From Priapulus caudatus (Eukaryota): DNA of 64,000 nucleotides. The position numbers were made by a program, and so were the translations under genes. Positions within the stretch are counted from its first letter, which is position 1, and each line of letters opens with the position of its first letter. The DNA lies in contig NW_014577073.1 in assembly GCF_000485595.1 (NCBI RefSeq), forward strand, positions 239,111 through 303,110, read 5' to 3'. Below the pieces are notes generated by a model. It searched no databases. It saw only the letters and a list, made by a program, of their open reading frames with translations, and was not told the origin of the DNA. This document shows positions 12,798-26,048 of the stretch, in pieces.

Positions 12798-13680
12798 TCA
12801 GAGTAAGATAATATCACAAGAGTGAGACAAGACCGATTTTCCCTGCATTTTTAACATCGATTTTTCTCATCAAGAATTTGCAGCAGCCAATAAAGAAGCA
12901 AGTTGTTAGTTCCTCAGGCTTATTATGGACCATATCACTCACGCTTCATAGTAAGCTGATATTCGTTTACATAGTATTTGCTAGCGTATTGAGCTGTAAA
13001 TCGTAATCTTGCAACGAGCTGAATCCGCAACGATTTACCGCTGTTCAACAACAACAGCGGTAAATCGTGCGAAATTCAGCTCGTGGCAAGATTAGGGCCG
13101 ATAGGGTTGAGAGACAATCTAAATTTCGAAAATTTTGATCTCGTGAAAGAACCTGCCAGAACGCGCTCAGTTATTGTGATGCGAAACACAAGCAAATGAC
13201 ATACTATGCTTTAGCATAAAGTAATAATAAATAAAAAATATTTCTCTGTAAGTAGTTTGGCAGTAAGTATCACATTACGCACGCGCCAGGTAATACAAGT
13301 ACATAACCGCTTAATCGGGCACGCATGATTTGGAAACCGTCGCTTGCTAAAAATATTGGCGCACCGATATAGCTTCTAATAATGTCTAAAGCAGCTCGCA
13401 AAGCAAGTGCATTTTTAGCCGGTAAATTTATCGAATTTCAGCTCGTGCAAAGATTACGATTTACAGCAATACGCCTAGCAAATATTGATGTAAACGAATA
13501 TCAGTACATGGAAGGTGAGTGATTAGTGGTCATAGTTAATAAGCTTGAGGAACGTATACACTTGCTTCTTTATTGTGGCTAAATTTTGATGAAAAAATCG
13601 GGTATAAAAATGCGGCGAATCGGTTTTTTTTTGTCTCAAACTTTTTTTATTTTTTTTTTTGTTGTTTATTATCTCTCTGA
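12798..13680. mobile_element. Long-TIR foldback MITE flanked by TA (possibly Tc1/mariner-type)
   Basis: 12798-13045 is an imperfect reverse complement of ~13420-13680 (e.g. ctgatattcgtttacat vs atgtaaacgaatatcag). TA on both sides; the flanking microsatellite keeps its orientation. Confidence 0.6.
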
Positions 13681-16087
13681 TATATATATATAGAGAGAGA
13701 GAGGTGTGCGCGCGCCGTGTGTGTGTGAGTGAGAGAGAGGTGTGTGTGCGCGCGCGCGTGTGTGTGTGTGTGCCTGTGTGTGTGAGGGAGAGAGAAAGAG
13801 AACCAAAGAGGGAGTGTGTATGTGTCAGAGAGAGAGAGGGGGGGGTGCACGCGCGTGTGTATGTGAGTGTGAGAGAGAGAGAGGTGTGTGCGCGCGCGCG
13901 TGCGTGTGTATACATATATGTGTGTTTGTATGTGTGTGTGGTGGGGGTGGATGTGTGTGGGTGTGTGTAGGTGTGTGTGGGGGATGTGTGTGGTTGTCTG
14001 TGGGGGATGTGTTTGGGTGTGTGTTTGTGTCGACGCGGGCGCGGAAGCAGGGGGCGCGTGCGTGCTCGGTTTAATTGTGAAACGAAAGCGGGGCGACCCG
14101 GAGCATCGAGTTCAGCTTGTCCGCACCTAGTACATCGCAATCCCCCGTGACACGGCGATGACGTACGCCTTACGTGATTAGCACCCCAGAATATATATAT
14201 ATATATATATATATGCTGTGTTGTTTGCTATGGGATCTAGGCGTTGTCCTCTATAATGAAGGTTTTTTAATAATTAGGTGTCTCTATAATGAAGGTGAGT
14301 TGCCCGCGCACCTGCCGCACAATGGAATAATTTCCGCGAGTGTAGCGTGCTACACATTAGGGAACGAATTAAGCAGCACCGCCAAGCATTCTGCGCGAGC
14401 AGTCTCAGAGGTGCACGACATTATAAAGTGGCAGCAACACGGCGACAATAATTACGGTCGCTGCGTTAAATCCAGACATGTCTAATGCGCACAGTAGCGT
14501 AATGAGGATGCTATAGATCGCGGCCTCGCAGATATAGATCCGGCACGGAGTTGTTCAATTTCAACAATTTGAATAATCTCCGTATTTGTGACCTTCTTCT
14601 GATAATAACCAAGACTATGCAACCCCATAGAGAACGGCAAAAGAGCATCTAAAAACTACAATTCCATAAGCAATTATTCTATTATATTACTGGGAGATGA
14701 CAACATTTACTTACTTCGTTGCCTACTTTGAGACTCGCAAAGTCACGGCGCGTGATTCCCTTAGCGACAGCGAGATATAGATTTAAGTAAGCCTGCAGCA
14801 TAGTGTTGTACTGACGTCTTCACAGATTGAAATTATATACGAATGCGTGCTTATATGACATTATATATCGACCTAAGAGTAATTTATTCGTATATTAAGC
14901 ATCGCGTTTTTACTCTTTTTCGGCTATTATCCATCAAGATTCCATAAAAGTCATCAATCACTCTTGCTAGGACAACATAGCAGAAAATCCCATCGTCCAT
15001 ATGTACGTAAAAAAATCCTCCTTTTCGTTTCGATTTTTTACAATATCCAGATCGATACGTATCTTTATGGCTTCACTTTTTATGGAATTGAATCTAATTT
15101 CAGAAATAAGTTAGTTTATTCAGGTTTTGAGTTATAGAAAGGTTACACTTCGTGCTGCCTATTGCCCCATGGCAAGAGTGCATCAATACAAATCAAGGGT
15201 AATAAACAATATAAATAACAAGAGTACCAAGCTGTTAAGCCTAACATGCCAATACGCGTTCATTATAATTTAGACGTGTTTATAATGCAAACATGCCACA
15301 CTTTACTGCTTTCTATTTTTAGTTATATAAAGTTTTAATTATACATCGTAATATTCATGTTGTTAAATATTCATTAGAAATATATAAAAATTTGATTTAC
15401 GCCGATGGGAGGTTATTATTATTATTAACGATTGGAGCTGCTACGCCTCGAGGGGATAACGTAAGCTGTGCTAATCATGCATCATACGCCACACACCCAG
15501 AGCCTGTCAATTAAGACGGTTCTGTAATCTAACAGTACGATTATTAATGTAATGTAATTTATAAGAAAATAATTAATACCTCTACCAAACCGAATAGCGA
15601 AAGTTAAAGTATGGTAATGTGTTTATTGATTGCAGCTGATACGTTTCTGGCATAAAGCGTGCGAAAATAAATATAAATAGTGCAACTTGCGCCATCACTG
15701 CAAGAGACATCATGGCTGGCGAAATCAATAGCAAACACCGGTAGATTTCGAAATTAGGTTTTCAGTTTTGTCTCATTAATATTGAACACGGAAATGTTTT
15801 TTAAAGCAGCATGAATAAAGCCCAAATTCGCTGAAATTACTGCTAAAGCCTCGACTATAATAATGCCGTTTAATTAACTATTTTCTTCGTATAGATGTAG
15901 ACATGCGTTTACGTAGTCGTTTCCTGTTGCTGCCGTTGTTTTAAAGGTTGGCCAGACGTTTATTCACAACATATTTTCTTAGGAAGTAAAACCAGGCAAA
16001 TTCGGACGAGATACGGGGTATGTAGGTGCACATGCAGTTGGACGCACCAGTGAGTGTGTGCTCTCTAAATTAAAATTATATCTTTTA

Positions 16088-16170
16088 ACGAAATACGAAA
16101 ACGAAAACGAAACGATACGAAAACGATACGAAACGATACGAAACGATATGAAACGATACGAAAACGAAAT
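16088..16170. repeat. (AAACGATACG)n-like short tandem repeat
   Basis: Directly visible. Confidence 0.85.
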
Positions 16171-16590
16171 ACTGTTTCAATCGTTTAATAAAGGCTGGAA
16201 ATAGAGCTGCAAATATCATGCAGGACATATACCGCCACCTAGTGGATGATTCAAGTTATATTGCTATCACGTCGACTAGGACAGCCTATAATTATTAAAC
16301 AGAGGCTCCAGAATGTATTTTAGCGACAAGTTACTGCCGAGAGTATGTTCTCTCGTGTAATTTCAACAAAACAATATTTTTTACTCGATATGCGCTAATA
16401 AAGTTCTCACGCGATGGTACAAGAAAATTTCGTACGACTAGGCACCTTAATTGTGATTATTTCAGTTCCTAGTGAGTATGTGCTCTCTAAATTAAAATTA
16501 TGATTGCAATAAAATATAATTTGATTCATTCGATAAATGCTGGACATACAGCCACACATGACATGTGTGACGTATATTGCCACATAGTAC

Positions 16591-16942
16591 TGTACAATAA
16601 CAGAATGCCCAACCTGATGTAACAGTAATAAAATGTGAACGGGAAATCCTGCTGATAGTCAGCAGGATTTCCCGTTCACATTAAGCTACGAGAAGGAGTA
16701 TTTGTTCTCCATTTGAAATGTATAATTTCCACAAAATATTATTTTCTTTCGGAGATACTACACGGGCAAGCGCGAACATTTCTTGCTCTGCAACTGTAGA
16801 ATTTGGCTCCTTGTGATTGTTAAAGTAGGAGATTCGGGTAGAGATATAGTTCCTGCCAAGTTAATAGTACATATGTGCTTTCCAAATTAAAATGATTAAC
16901 ACAATAAAATAATATATCGTTTGTTTGATAAATGCTGATCAT
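16591..16942 (+). repeat. Second copy of the 9019-9386 segment, with shortened hairpin (16632-16682)
   Basis: Near-identical sequence; hairpin reduced to a 24-bp stem with a 3-nt loop. Confidence 0.9.
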
Positions 16943-17170
16943 GTTTCTGCTTATGCCATGTAGTATACATAACGCCACCTAGTGCTGGATTTAAAGAATC
17001 CTGTTATATCAACATTAAATTGTATGGTATTGTAGTACTGGCTGGGCTACCCTAAGCCTACCAAGCTACCCTACATGGCCAAGTTACATCAAGGGTCGCA
17101 CATCATAGTTGGTCAACGTTACTATAGGTGTGACTGTGCCGGCACATTGCAATTTGTTGGTAATTAGTAA

Positions 17171-17596
17171 TTACCTCCACCAAGGGGTTGGCAGGAGGTT
17201 ATGTTTTCACCGGCGTGTGTTTGACTGTTTGTTTGTGGGTTTGTTTGTGTACAGCCTAACTGAAAAAGTTATGGACGGATTGTCATAAAATTTTCACGAT
17301 AGGTCACAAACGGGCTAACTTAGAATTGATGAGATTTTGGTGGTGATCCGGATCCAATTAATTAATTAATTAATTAATTATTAAAATTTTCAGGATAGGT
17401 CAGAAATGGGGTAACTTAGAATTGATTACATTTTGGTGGTGATCCGGATCCAATTAATTAATTAAATTTTCAGGATAGGTCAGAAATGGAGTAACTTAGA
17501 ATTGATTACATTTTGGTGATATATTTTTTAATTTGTTTACAGTGAAAACAATTCAGCTGCCTTGGCGGAGGTCTGTGCTCTCCGAGTGCTCTAGTT
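17171..17596 (+). mobile_element. HINE/DINE-1-like element, copy B (different subfamily, internal ~80-95-bp tandem units)
   Basis: ttacctccaccaagg...ggaggttatgttttcacc, GTTT microsatellite, ccttggcggaggt subterminal inverted repeat, 3' stem gtgctctccgagtgc, ends ctagtt. Confidence 0.75.
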
Positions 17597-17809
17597 GTGA
17601 ATGGTATTGACTCAATTATAATTCATGGAACAGTGTGTAATGAGTGCATTGTTAATACAGACGTCAATAAAGATTGAATATTGAACACGGAATTAACATG
17701 CACACGGGAGAATGTGTTAACCAAAAATCATCATAAGAATTATTAATATAATTCAAAATACAGAATGATGAGTTGTAAACCTTCTCTTATAGTTGTAGTA
17801 GTCTCTTAT

Positions 17810-18800
17810 CAGGCGTTCTGTACGGCGTTAAATACAACATTATATTTTACTGCTTTGTGAGGGAGAGAGGGGATGGGAGACTGGGAAAAAGCAACAGAGG
17901 CGATAGCCGAGGGGTGGTGGAAAAATAAGGAGGCTGAGTGTGGGACAAGGAAGTAAAGAGGAAAGACGGGGAAGGTATGAAATAGGAGTTTTGCACACTA
18001 CAGACTAGGGCGCGCTCCTATTCATAAGCACAGGTCTACTGATAACAATCTATTGCATAAATCTATGCTCGGATACCCCGTAATCATTTGAAATGCGTAC
18101 TCGTCCAAAAATGTGACTCCTCTGGTGAGATATTGTGCGTGAGCTAAAACACACTAACGTCGTCAGATTGCGTACTGAATGGTATATGCAGCGAGCAGCT
18201 TACATGCAAGATCTTCTTCCTATATCTTAATTGAGGTCTACGGATAGAATGTTATCACATGAATCTAGGTTAGAATACATCCTCTTCACGTTAAATGCAT
18301 AATTTTCGCAATATATTATTCATATCGGGTTATATTGCGCGTGCGCGAGCGCATTTACAGGTGTTCTGTACGGACTGAACGCAACATTATATATTACTGC
18401 TTTGTGAGGGAGAGAAGGGTAGGAGACTGAGAAAAAGCAACAGAGAAGATAGCCGAGGGATGGTGGAAGAAGAAGGAGGCTGAGTGTGGGACAAGGGAGT
18501 GAAGAGGAAGGACAAGGAAGATATAGAGTAGGAGTTTTGCACTCTACAGACTAGGGCGCGCTCCTATTCATAAACACAGGTTTACTGATAACAATTTATC
18601 ACATAAATCTATGCTCGGATACCCCATAATCATTTGAAATGCGTACTCGTCCAAAAATGTGACTGCTCTGGTGAGATATTGTGCGTGAGCTAAAACACAC
18701 TAACGTCGTCAGATTGTGTACTGCATGGTATATGCAGCGAGCACCTTCCATGCAAGATCTTCTTCCTATTTTTTAAGAGAGGTCTACGGATAGAATGAAT
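17810..18800 (+). repeat. ~545-bp complex satellite, block 1 (about 2 units)
   Basis: Marker gcagcgagca.ctt.catgcaagatcttcttcct at 18188 and 18734 (546 bp apart). An orphan fragment of the same unit lies at ~10260-10545. Confidence 0.85.
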
Positions 18801-19186
18801 TACATGCCATGAACTAGGTCATCTGATCACTAGAGCTAGGTCGATTAATTTTCAAAACTTTTTATTTCAAATAATGTTTTTTTTTACTTCTTCGTGTAGG
18901 TATATCGTTGATTGTATTCCATCAGGGGCTTCGATCCATTTTGAGGATAGGGGGGGGGGCAAACGATATTATTCAGAACTTAACACGTTAAAGTATGGTA
19001 GCTTTAACTATGATATCTTTATGTATCTCTTAAATTTATCTCAAAACAAAATATTAACTTGCTATTACAGGATTGCCGTTTGCCGTACTGGAATTACAAC
19101 CATTCACTAAGTGAAACATGTTTCTTTTATGGATATACTGAAGTCTCAGATAAAAAAAAAAGGACTGGAATCCCCTTTTTCTTTAA

Positions 19187-19455
19187 AGGTAGTAGCCCTT
19201 ATTTGCAAAGCATTGTGGGAGGTCTCGAACAAATTTAGGCTCATTGTAACTTAAAATGAGGACTCATCAAAGTAAACATATATCACATCATTGGATTTAT
19301 AGATATAATGTGACCTTGTGAGAAATTAAACGTTTTCTTTTTAAAGCAACTGGAAGTCGCCTTAAGAACTCAAAGAAAATATCCTGATGCCAATTGGCAT
19401 CTACAAATGAAATTTTATGGAAATTAGGAGGGTGTGCAAATGAAGGCTACTACCT
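19187..19455. mobile_element. Kolobok-type MITE (TTAA target duplication, AG...CT termini)
   Basis: ttaa|aggtagtagcccttatttgca ... tgcaaatgaaggctactacct|ttaa. Confidence 0.7.
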
Positions 19456-19719
19456 TTAATGTAAACATTGTATCTAAAGTAAGAGACTTTTGTTTACACT
19501 GTATCTAAAATGAAAGACACTACGAATACAGTCGTGATTCTGTATCTCTTAACGCGTAAACTGCTAAAGGTTTATTTTTATTTTTGACTTTTCATCAAGA
19601 CGGCGGCATTCAATTCGGAAATTCAGGTTTGATCGATAATATCTCTCTTGTACCTGCATTATTATCATTGCATTTGGTATCATTGGAAACCCTGTTCATT
19701 TTCCTTTTCAAAACAGTAA

Positions 19720-22310
19720 AATAGCCAGGTGGTGTACTTAATTGTATATGCAGCGTGCACCTTACATGCGAGGTCTGCTTCATATTTCTGAAGTTAGATG
19801 AAATTTTATTGATGTATGGATTGTATGCTAGGATAACCCCTCTTCATTTTAAATTCATAATGTTTGCGAAATATTATTATTCTCGGGAGCACCGTTTCAG
19901 ACGTGCAGTACGGCCAAAGAAAAAGTACTTAAATATAGCTTGTTGGGGGAGAGAGGGGTAGGAAACTGAGGCAAGGTGGCAGGGAAGACAGCCGAGGGGC
20001 GGTGGAAGAAGGAGGAGGCTGAGCGTGCGACAATGGAGACAAAGGGAGGACGGGCGGGGATAAAGTAGGAGTTTTGCACCCTACAGGCTAAGGCGCTCTC
20101 CTTACTATAAACACAGGTCTACTGATAATAATTTATTACAGAAACTTATGTTGAGATATCCTCTGACCATACTANNNNNNNNNNGTGCAAATGAAGTATA
20201 CTACCTTAAAGATAAACATTGTATGTAAAGTAAGAGACTTATGTTTACACTATAACTAAAATGAAAGACACTACGAATACAGTCGTGATCCTGTATCTCT
20301 TAACGCGTAAACTGCTAAAGGTTTATTTTTATTTTTGACTTTTCATCAAGACGGCGGCATTCAATTCGGAAATTCAGGTTTGATCGATAATATCTCTCTT
20401 GTACCTGCATTATTATCATTGCATTTGGTATCATTGGAAACCCTGTTCATTTTCCTTTACAAAACAGTAAAATAGCCAGGTTGTGTACTTAATTGTGTAT
20501 GCAGCGTGGACCTTACATGCGAGGTCTGCTTCCTATTTCTGAAGTTAGATGAAATTTTATCGATGGATGCTAGGATAACCCCTCTTCATTTTAAATTCAT
20601 AATGTTTGCGAAATATTATTATTCTCGGGAGATATTGTGCATGCGCGAGCACCGTTTTAGACGTGCAGTACGGCCAAAGGAAAAGTACGTAAATATAGCT
20701 TGTTGGGGCAGAGAGGGGTAGGAAACTGAGGCAAGGTGGCAGGGAAGACAGCCGAGGGGCGATGAAAGGATAAGGACTCTGAGCGTGCGACAATGGAGAC
20801 AAAGGGAAGGACGGGCGGGGATAAAGTAGGAGTTTTGCACCCTACAGGATAAGGCGCTCTCCTAACTATAAACACAGGTCTACTGATAATAATTTATTAC
20901 AGAAACCTATGTTAAGATATCCCCTGACCATACTAAATGCCTTTTCATCACAAAATATAACTCCTCTGGTGAGATATTGCGCATGCGCTAAAACAGTAAG
21001 GAAGCCAGGTTATGTACTTAATAGTATATACAGCGGGTTCTTACATGCGAAATCTGCTTCCTATTTCTGAAGTGAGGTCTACAGGTAAACTTTTATCATA
21101 TATATGCTAGGATACCCCCTCTTCATTTTAAATTCATAATGTTTGCAAAATATTCTTCTTCTCAGGAAATATTGCGCATGCGCTAGCTCCGTTTCAGACG
21201 TTAAATACGGCCAATACGGCCAACGGAAACGTACGTAAATATAGCTTGCTGAGGGAGAGAGGGGTGGGAAACTGAGGGAAGGTGGCAGGGAAGACCGACG
21301 AGGGGAGGTGGAAGGAAAAGGAGGCTGAGCGTGCGACAACGGAGACAAAGGAAGGGCGTGCGGGGATAAAGTAGAAGTTTTGCACCCTACAGGCTAAGGC
21401 GCTCACCTAACTATAAACACAGGTCTACTCATAAGAATTTATTACAAAAACCTATGTTAAGATATCTCCTGACCATACTAAATGCGTTTCCATCACAAAA
21501 TATAACTCCTCTGGTGAGATATTGCGCATGCGCTAAAACAGTAACGTATAGCCAGGTTATGTACTTAATAGTATATACAGCGGGTCCTTACATGCGAAGT
21601 CTGCTTCCTATTTTTGAAGTGAGGTCTACTGGTGAACTTTTATCATATAGATCTATGCTAAGATAACCCTTCTTCATTTTAAATTCATATTGTTTGCACA
21701 ATATTCTTCTTCTTAGGAGATATTGCACATGCGCGAGCACTGTTTCAGTCTTTAGACGTGTAGTACGGCCAAAGGAAAAGTACGTAAATATAGCTTGCTG
21801 AGGGAGAGAGGGTGGAAAACTGAGGGAAGGTGGCAGGGAACACAGGCGAGTGACGGTGGAAGAAGAAGGAGGCTGAGCGTGCGACAATGGAGACAAAGGG
21901 AAGGGCGGGCGGGGATAAAGTAGAAGTTTTGCACCCTACAGGCTAAGGCGCTCTCCTAACTATAAACAGAAGTCTACTGATAAGAATTAATTACAGAAAC
22001 CTATGTTGAGATATCCCCTGACCATACTAAATGCGTTTTCATCCCAAAATATAACTCCTCTGGTGAGATATTGCGCATGCGCTAAAACAGTAACGTAGCC
22101 AGGTTATGTATTTAATAGTATATACAGCGGGTCCTTACATGCGAGGTCTGCTTCCTATTTTTGAAGTGAGGTCTACTGGTGAACTTTTATCATATAGATC
22201 TATGCTAGGATGACCCCTCATCATTATAAATTCATAATGTTTGCAAAATATTCTTCTTCTTAGGAGATATTTCACATGCACGAGCACTGTTTCAGGTGTG
22301 CAGTACGACC
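19720..22310 (+). repeat. ~530-547-bp complex satellite, block 2 (about 4-5 units, interrupted at gap 20175-20184)
   Basis: Marker cagcg....cttacatgcga at ~19751, 20502, 21031, 21578 and 22125. Confidence 0.88.
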
Positions 22311-23590
22311 TAAATAATAGTAAGTAATATATACGATAGGTATATATAATATATATACGAATATACATATAGATCTACAGCAGATATCAATAGCTACTGG
22401 AGAGCTATCGAGCGCGCGCGTACTAGCCTTACGTATGACAAGTCTACGATAAATCCATCTACATGCTTGTAGGATCGGGTAAGTATGGAGGTGACAGATT
22501 CTGGAAACTCGAGACTATCAAATCCTTTCAAATGATCCCTACTAGAACACTTGCCAGCGGTATATGGTTCGAGGTTCGTGTATCTCGTTCGGTATAATTC
22601 GCGGAGTAATTTTAGATTTATATTTTTCATTTTGTGGAGACCAAGCACAAATAGATTAATATGTATAGGGGAGAGCTTGTATAATTATTTGCAGAAGTCA
22701 CAATGGTTCAAAAACCTGGGGGGTGACATTTTATTAATAGGTTGTCCCACCCTTCCGAAAAGTGTGGGGGGGGGGAGGTGTCCTCGTGTCCTCGGTGGCA
22801 TTTTTGCGCCCTATGTGGCCGCCTGGCCGTGAGGGTGTGGCATATCCTGGTGGTGTGGTGTGTTGTGGTGTGTGTGTGTGTGTGGGTGTGTGTGGGGTGG
22901 TGGGTGTGTGTGTTGTGTGGTGTGTATGTTGCGTGGTGTGTGGTTGCGGTACCGCGCCTGGGTGGTGTGTTGTGTGGTGTTGAGCCTGGTGTGTGTGTGG
23001 GTGTGATTGGTGTGTGTGTCGTGTGTGATGTCGTTCGTCGTTCTTAGGCATATGGCCTAGTGGGTAGCGTCGTGGGCTTCGTAATGTGACCGGAGCAGCC
23101 GGTGAGCCTTGGCGCGGCTCATGGCGGGGAAGAAAGGCGAAGGCATCCTTGGGCTTCCCCACGACGTGAGCACGAGCACATTTCGTGCGTCCTGTGTACA
23201 AAGTCACGCTGTGCTGACGGTATATAAGTAGGACAGTTGTCAGACGTTGTCGTATTTAAGTTTTTATATATGCATATATAATATACGTGTGTGCGTATAT
23301 ATTAAATTAATAAATAAAATAATGTTTATCTACTAAGGATGTCGTACATGAATAAACAGTGGCTGAATAGCAGCTTTCATTACAAAATTTATTTTTATTA
23401 GACACAAACTAATGAAAAAAGGAGCTTGCCAGTTACTTTTAGGTAAAACCTGCTGTCACACATATCGCTGATCACAACGACTCCCTTTGATATTAAGAGT
23501 TGGATTATCTGATCTCTTGTATTATCATCTGGCTCTTTGCCCTTGGCTGAGGCCCTTGGCAGGTTCCAGTTTTGTTATTATTCTTAGCTG

Positions 23591-23604
23591 CTACTAGATG
23601 GCGC
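23591..23604 (+). promoter_or_regulatory. CTCF-like motif upstream of the putative Girdin 5' end
   Basis: CTACTAGATGGCGC is one mismatch from CCACTAGATGGCGC; motif match only. Confidence 0.3.
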
Positions 23605-24040
23605 TGCGCAATAATAACTCGATAAAATTTCGTGATCACAAGTAAAGTAGTTCACCTAAATATATACAAATTATCATGTGTATAAAAAACAGAGGAGTGG
23701 ATCTCGAATCCCAATCTATGATTAAAACAGTGAATGTATAAAGGCAGGTGATTCTTTGGTGATATTACAAGTTTTCATCTCTTAACGAAAGAAAAAAGTT
23801 CCGCGAGTGTGCTAGTCAGCGGATGACTATATACTTAGCAGGAGGGGACATGGGTGAAGCGGTGACTCACTCGGCAAGCATTGTAGTGTTCGTTTTGTGT
23901 GTTGTTGTACATGTAGGCCTACACCGTGCAATTTTAGTCAGAGCAGCAATGAGTAGTGCTGAAAGGAACTCATAATCGTAATGTTTGTGCACATCATGTT
24001 TCCAACGAAGTGTCATGGGTATTTCGCACTAGGTGTTACG

Positions 24041-24335
24041 GTAAGTAAATGTTATCATCCAACACGCAGATCCAAAGCAGTTCAGAGTATTGTGCAAATA
24101 CCGATAACGTGGAATTGGTACTAGTAGTTCTAGTTGATGTTCTACTTCTAGTTGAGACACGGTTTGTTTAACAAAGTAGGAAAGAAAACTGTTACAAAGT
24201 TAGCATTAGCAACTTGAACCTTGATATATGAGTTTGACAGCATGAACCCCATGATCAGTCATTATAATTAGCGTTTAAATCGATTGCAGCGCTAAGTAGA
24301 TGCAGTCATGTCAAGTGAAGTGCTTCCTTCCACAG
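24041..24335 (+). other. Putative 5'-UTR intron of the Girdin/Daple gene
   Basis: Donor ACG|GTAAGT at 24040/24041; acceptor cttccttccacag ends at 24335, just upstream of the first coding exon. Confidence 0.45.
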
Positions 24336-24419
24336 GTTTTGTGTACTGGCCGGTAACACATTAGAAACGTGACCAGCAAGATACTATGTGACAGTCATGT
24401 AAAGAGTTTAACTGTGCCA

Positions 24420-24491
24420 ATGCCAGGAAGTGAAATAATAATGACTTCTTCAGAAGCAACTGAGTTTATGAAGTCCCCATTGGTGGAGTGG
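24420..24491 (+). CDS. CCDC88: Girdin/Daple-like (CCDC88, HOOK family) coding exon 1
   Basis: MPGSEIIMTSSEATEFMKSPLVEW resembles the Girdin N-terminus (..EQFMTSPLVTW). Donor TGG|GTGAGT, phase 0. Alternative start at 24441. Confidence 0.88.
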
Positions 24492-25100
24492 GTGAGTATT
24501 GATTATTACTTTTACAATGTAATCTAGGCCTACGTGCTATATGTACTATGTGGTAATATGCTGTAACTTGTAAGTTACAAAATGTGAAAATCTAATTCTG
24601 TGAAACATTTTTCTGGTGTAGGCCTATAGTAATATTACGACTACCAGTAAAATTAACTGGATTCAAGACGACGTACAAATTAATCGTTGTAGCCTAAACA
24701 TTTGTATACTTGTTGTGTGTTTGGGGTAGGTGGTGGAGGAACGAAATGGGAGATATATTGTACATGCACTGTACGTGTAAAGAAAGTGAACAATCAAGAA
24801 GGCCGATATAGTGTTGTCATCGTTATATACTAGTATTATCATTTGTGTATGATGTAGCCGTGTACATAAGTTGTAATGTACTACGCAAACACAGTTTTTT
24901 GGCAGATGCATTGCATATGTAGCTTAAATGCGTATGTGAGAATGTGAGATGCCCTGTTGATATTTCCCCCTAAACAGATAACAATGACAAATCGCTCATA
25001 TTAAAGTTGGCAGATGGCAAAAGCGAGTGATAGGTAAATAAAAGTTAGCCGATGTTGTGGTAGATGAAGTTAGATCGCGCATGTTTATGTTTGTTTCTAG

Positions 25101-25186
25101 GTGAAGACGTTCAACACCAGCAATGAGCTGCTCATGTTTAGTGATTTGTATGAAGGAGTGTTCCTCAACGATGTCATGTTTCAGAT
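25101..25186 (+). CDS. CCDC88: Girdin/Daple-like coding exon 2
   Basis: Acceptor tttgtttctag; VKTFNTSNELLMFSDLYEGVFLNDVMFQ(I) compared with Girdin VKTF...LVDGVFLNQVMLQI. Donor AT|GTGAGT, phase 2. Confidence 0.92.
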
Positions 25187-25299
25187 GTGAGTACGCATAT
25201 TGAATGCACGGCGTGCATGTGCCTTTTTGGAATGTCGTAGAACGTACATCAGGGTATGGTGAAACTAGTTGGGGGATGGAAGGAGAAGAGAAGAGAAAG

Positions 25300-25363
25300 G
25301 AGATGAGATTGAGAGAGGGAGAGAGAGAGAGAGAAAGATAGAGGGAGTGAGAGAGAGAGAGAA

Positions 25364-25427
<64 letters not shown>
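25300..25427. repeat. (GA)n microsatellite
   Basis: Directly visible. Confidence 0.95.
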
Positions 25428-25429
<2 letters not shown>

Positions 25430-26048
25430 ACTACAATGTGAATCGACGGTTCTGCAAAACAATTTACAGTTCTAATCAATGCAATGATTTCTTACGTTTG
25501 GCTGCTACAATTACGATAACAACTGGCAGTGTGTATAAATCTAGCTTGTTATTAAATAACATGTACACATGTAGTTGATTTTTCAATTTGCTTACTTTTG
25601 ATTGAGCGTAGTCGTAGTTATTCATTGGTTTGGAGAGCCACAAGAAGTTTTCTTGTCAGTTGGATCATATTACCTGGCCAAGTGCTGCATCTTGTGGCCA
25701 TGTGTGCTGGATGTGTGTGGTGTCATCTGGGATGGGGAGGTGGGGTCAGTGTCCTTGCCTTTAGACCATGTGTCCTAGTGGCATGGAAATATTTTGTCTG
25801 TCAGTAGACAGAGCTAGTGTTTCGTGCAGTGACTGGAGAAGTGGGAATAGTCAGATGCTTTCTAGTCTGTCCTAGAAGTTTAGGATCCATCGCTGTTGTA
25901 GATTAATAGACTGATGCTCGAGTGTTTTCCACGCAGACTGTTATACTTATAGTGACTGTCAGTGTCACTGTATCCTCTAGAAGTTTAGGATATGTCACAT
26001 TATTACACACTGATATACAGGTGTGTGTGTGTGTGTGTGTGTGTGCGT

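Noticed and set aside
10492..12817. 619-aa and other long ORFs with 23-aa repeats and LS/HT runs
   Set aside because: Formed by the 69-bp tandem repeat, an N gap and GA/GT microsatellites.
14560..15060. Possible decayed LINE ORF2 tail on the minus strand
   Set aside because: Many stops and no motif I could recognise with confidence.
23047..23115. tRNA or tRNA-derived SINE head (tggcctagtgg A-box-like)
   Set aside because: No convincing B box or cloverleaf and the region is noisy; cannot be supported.
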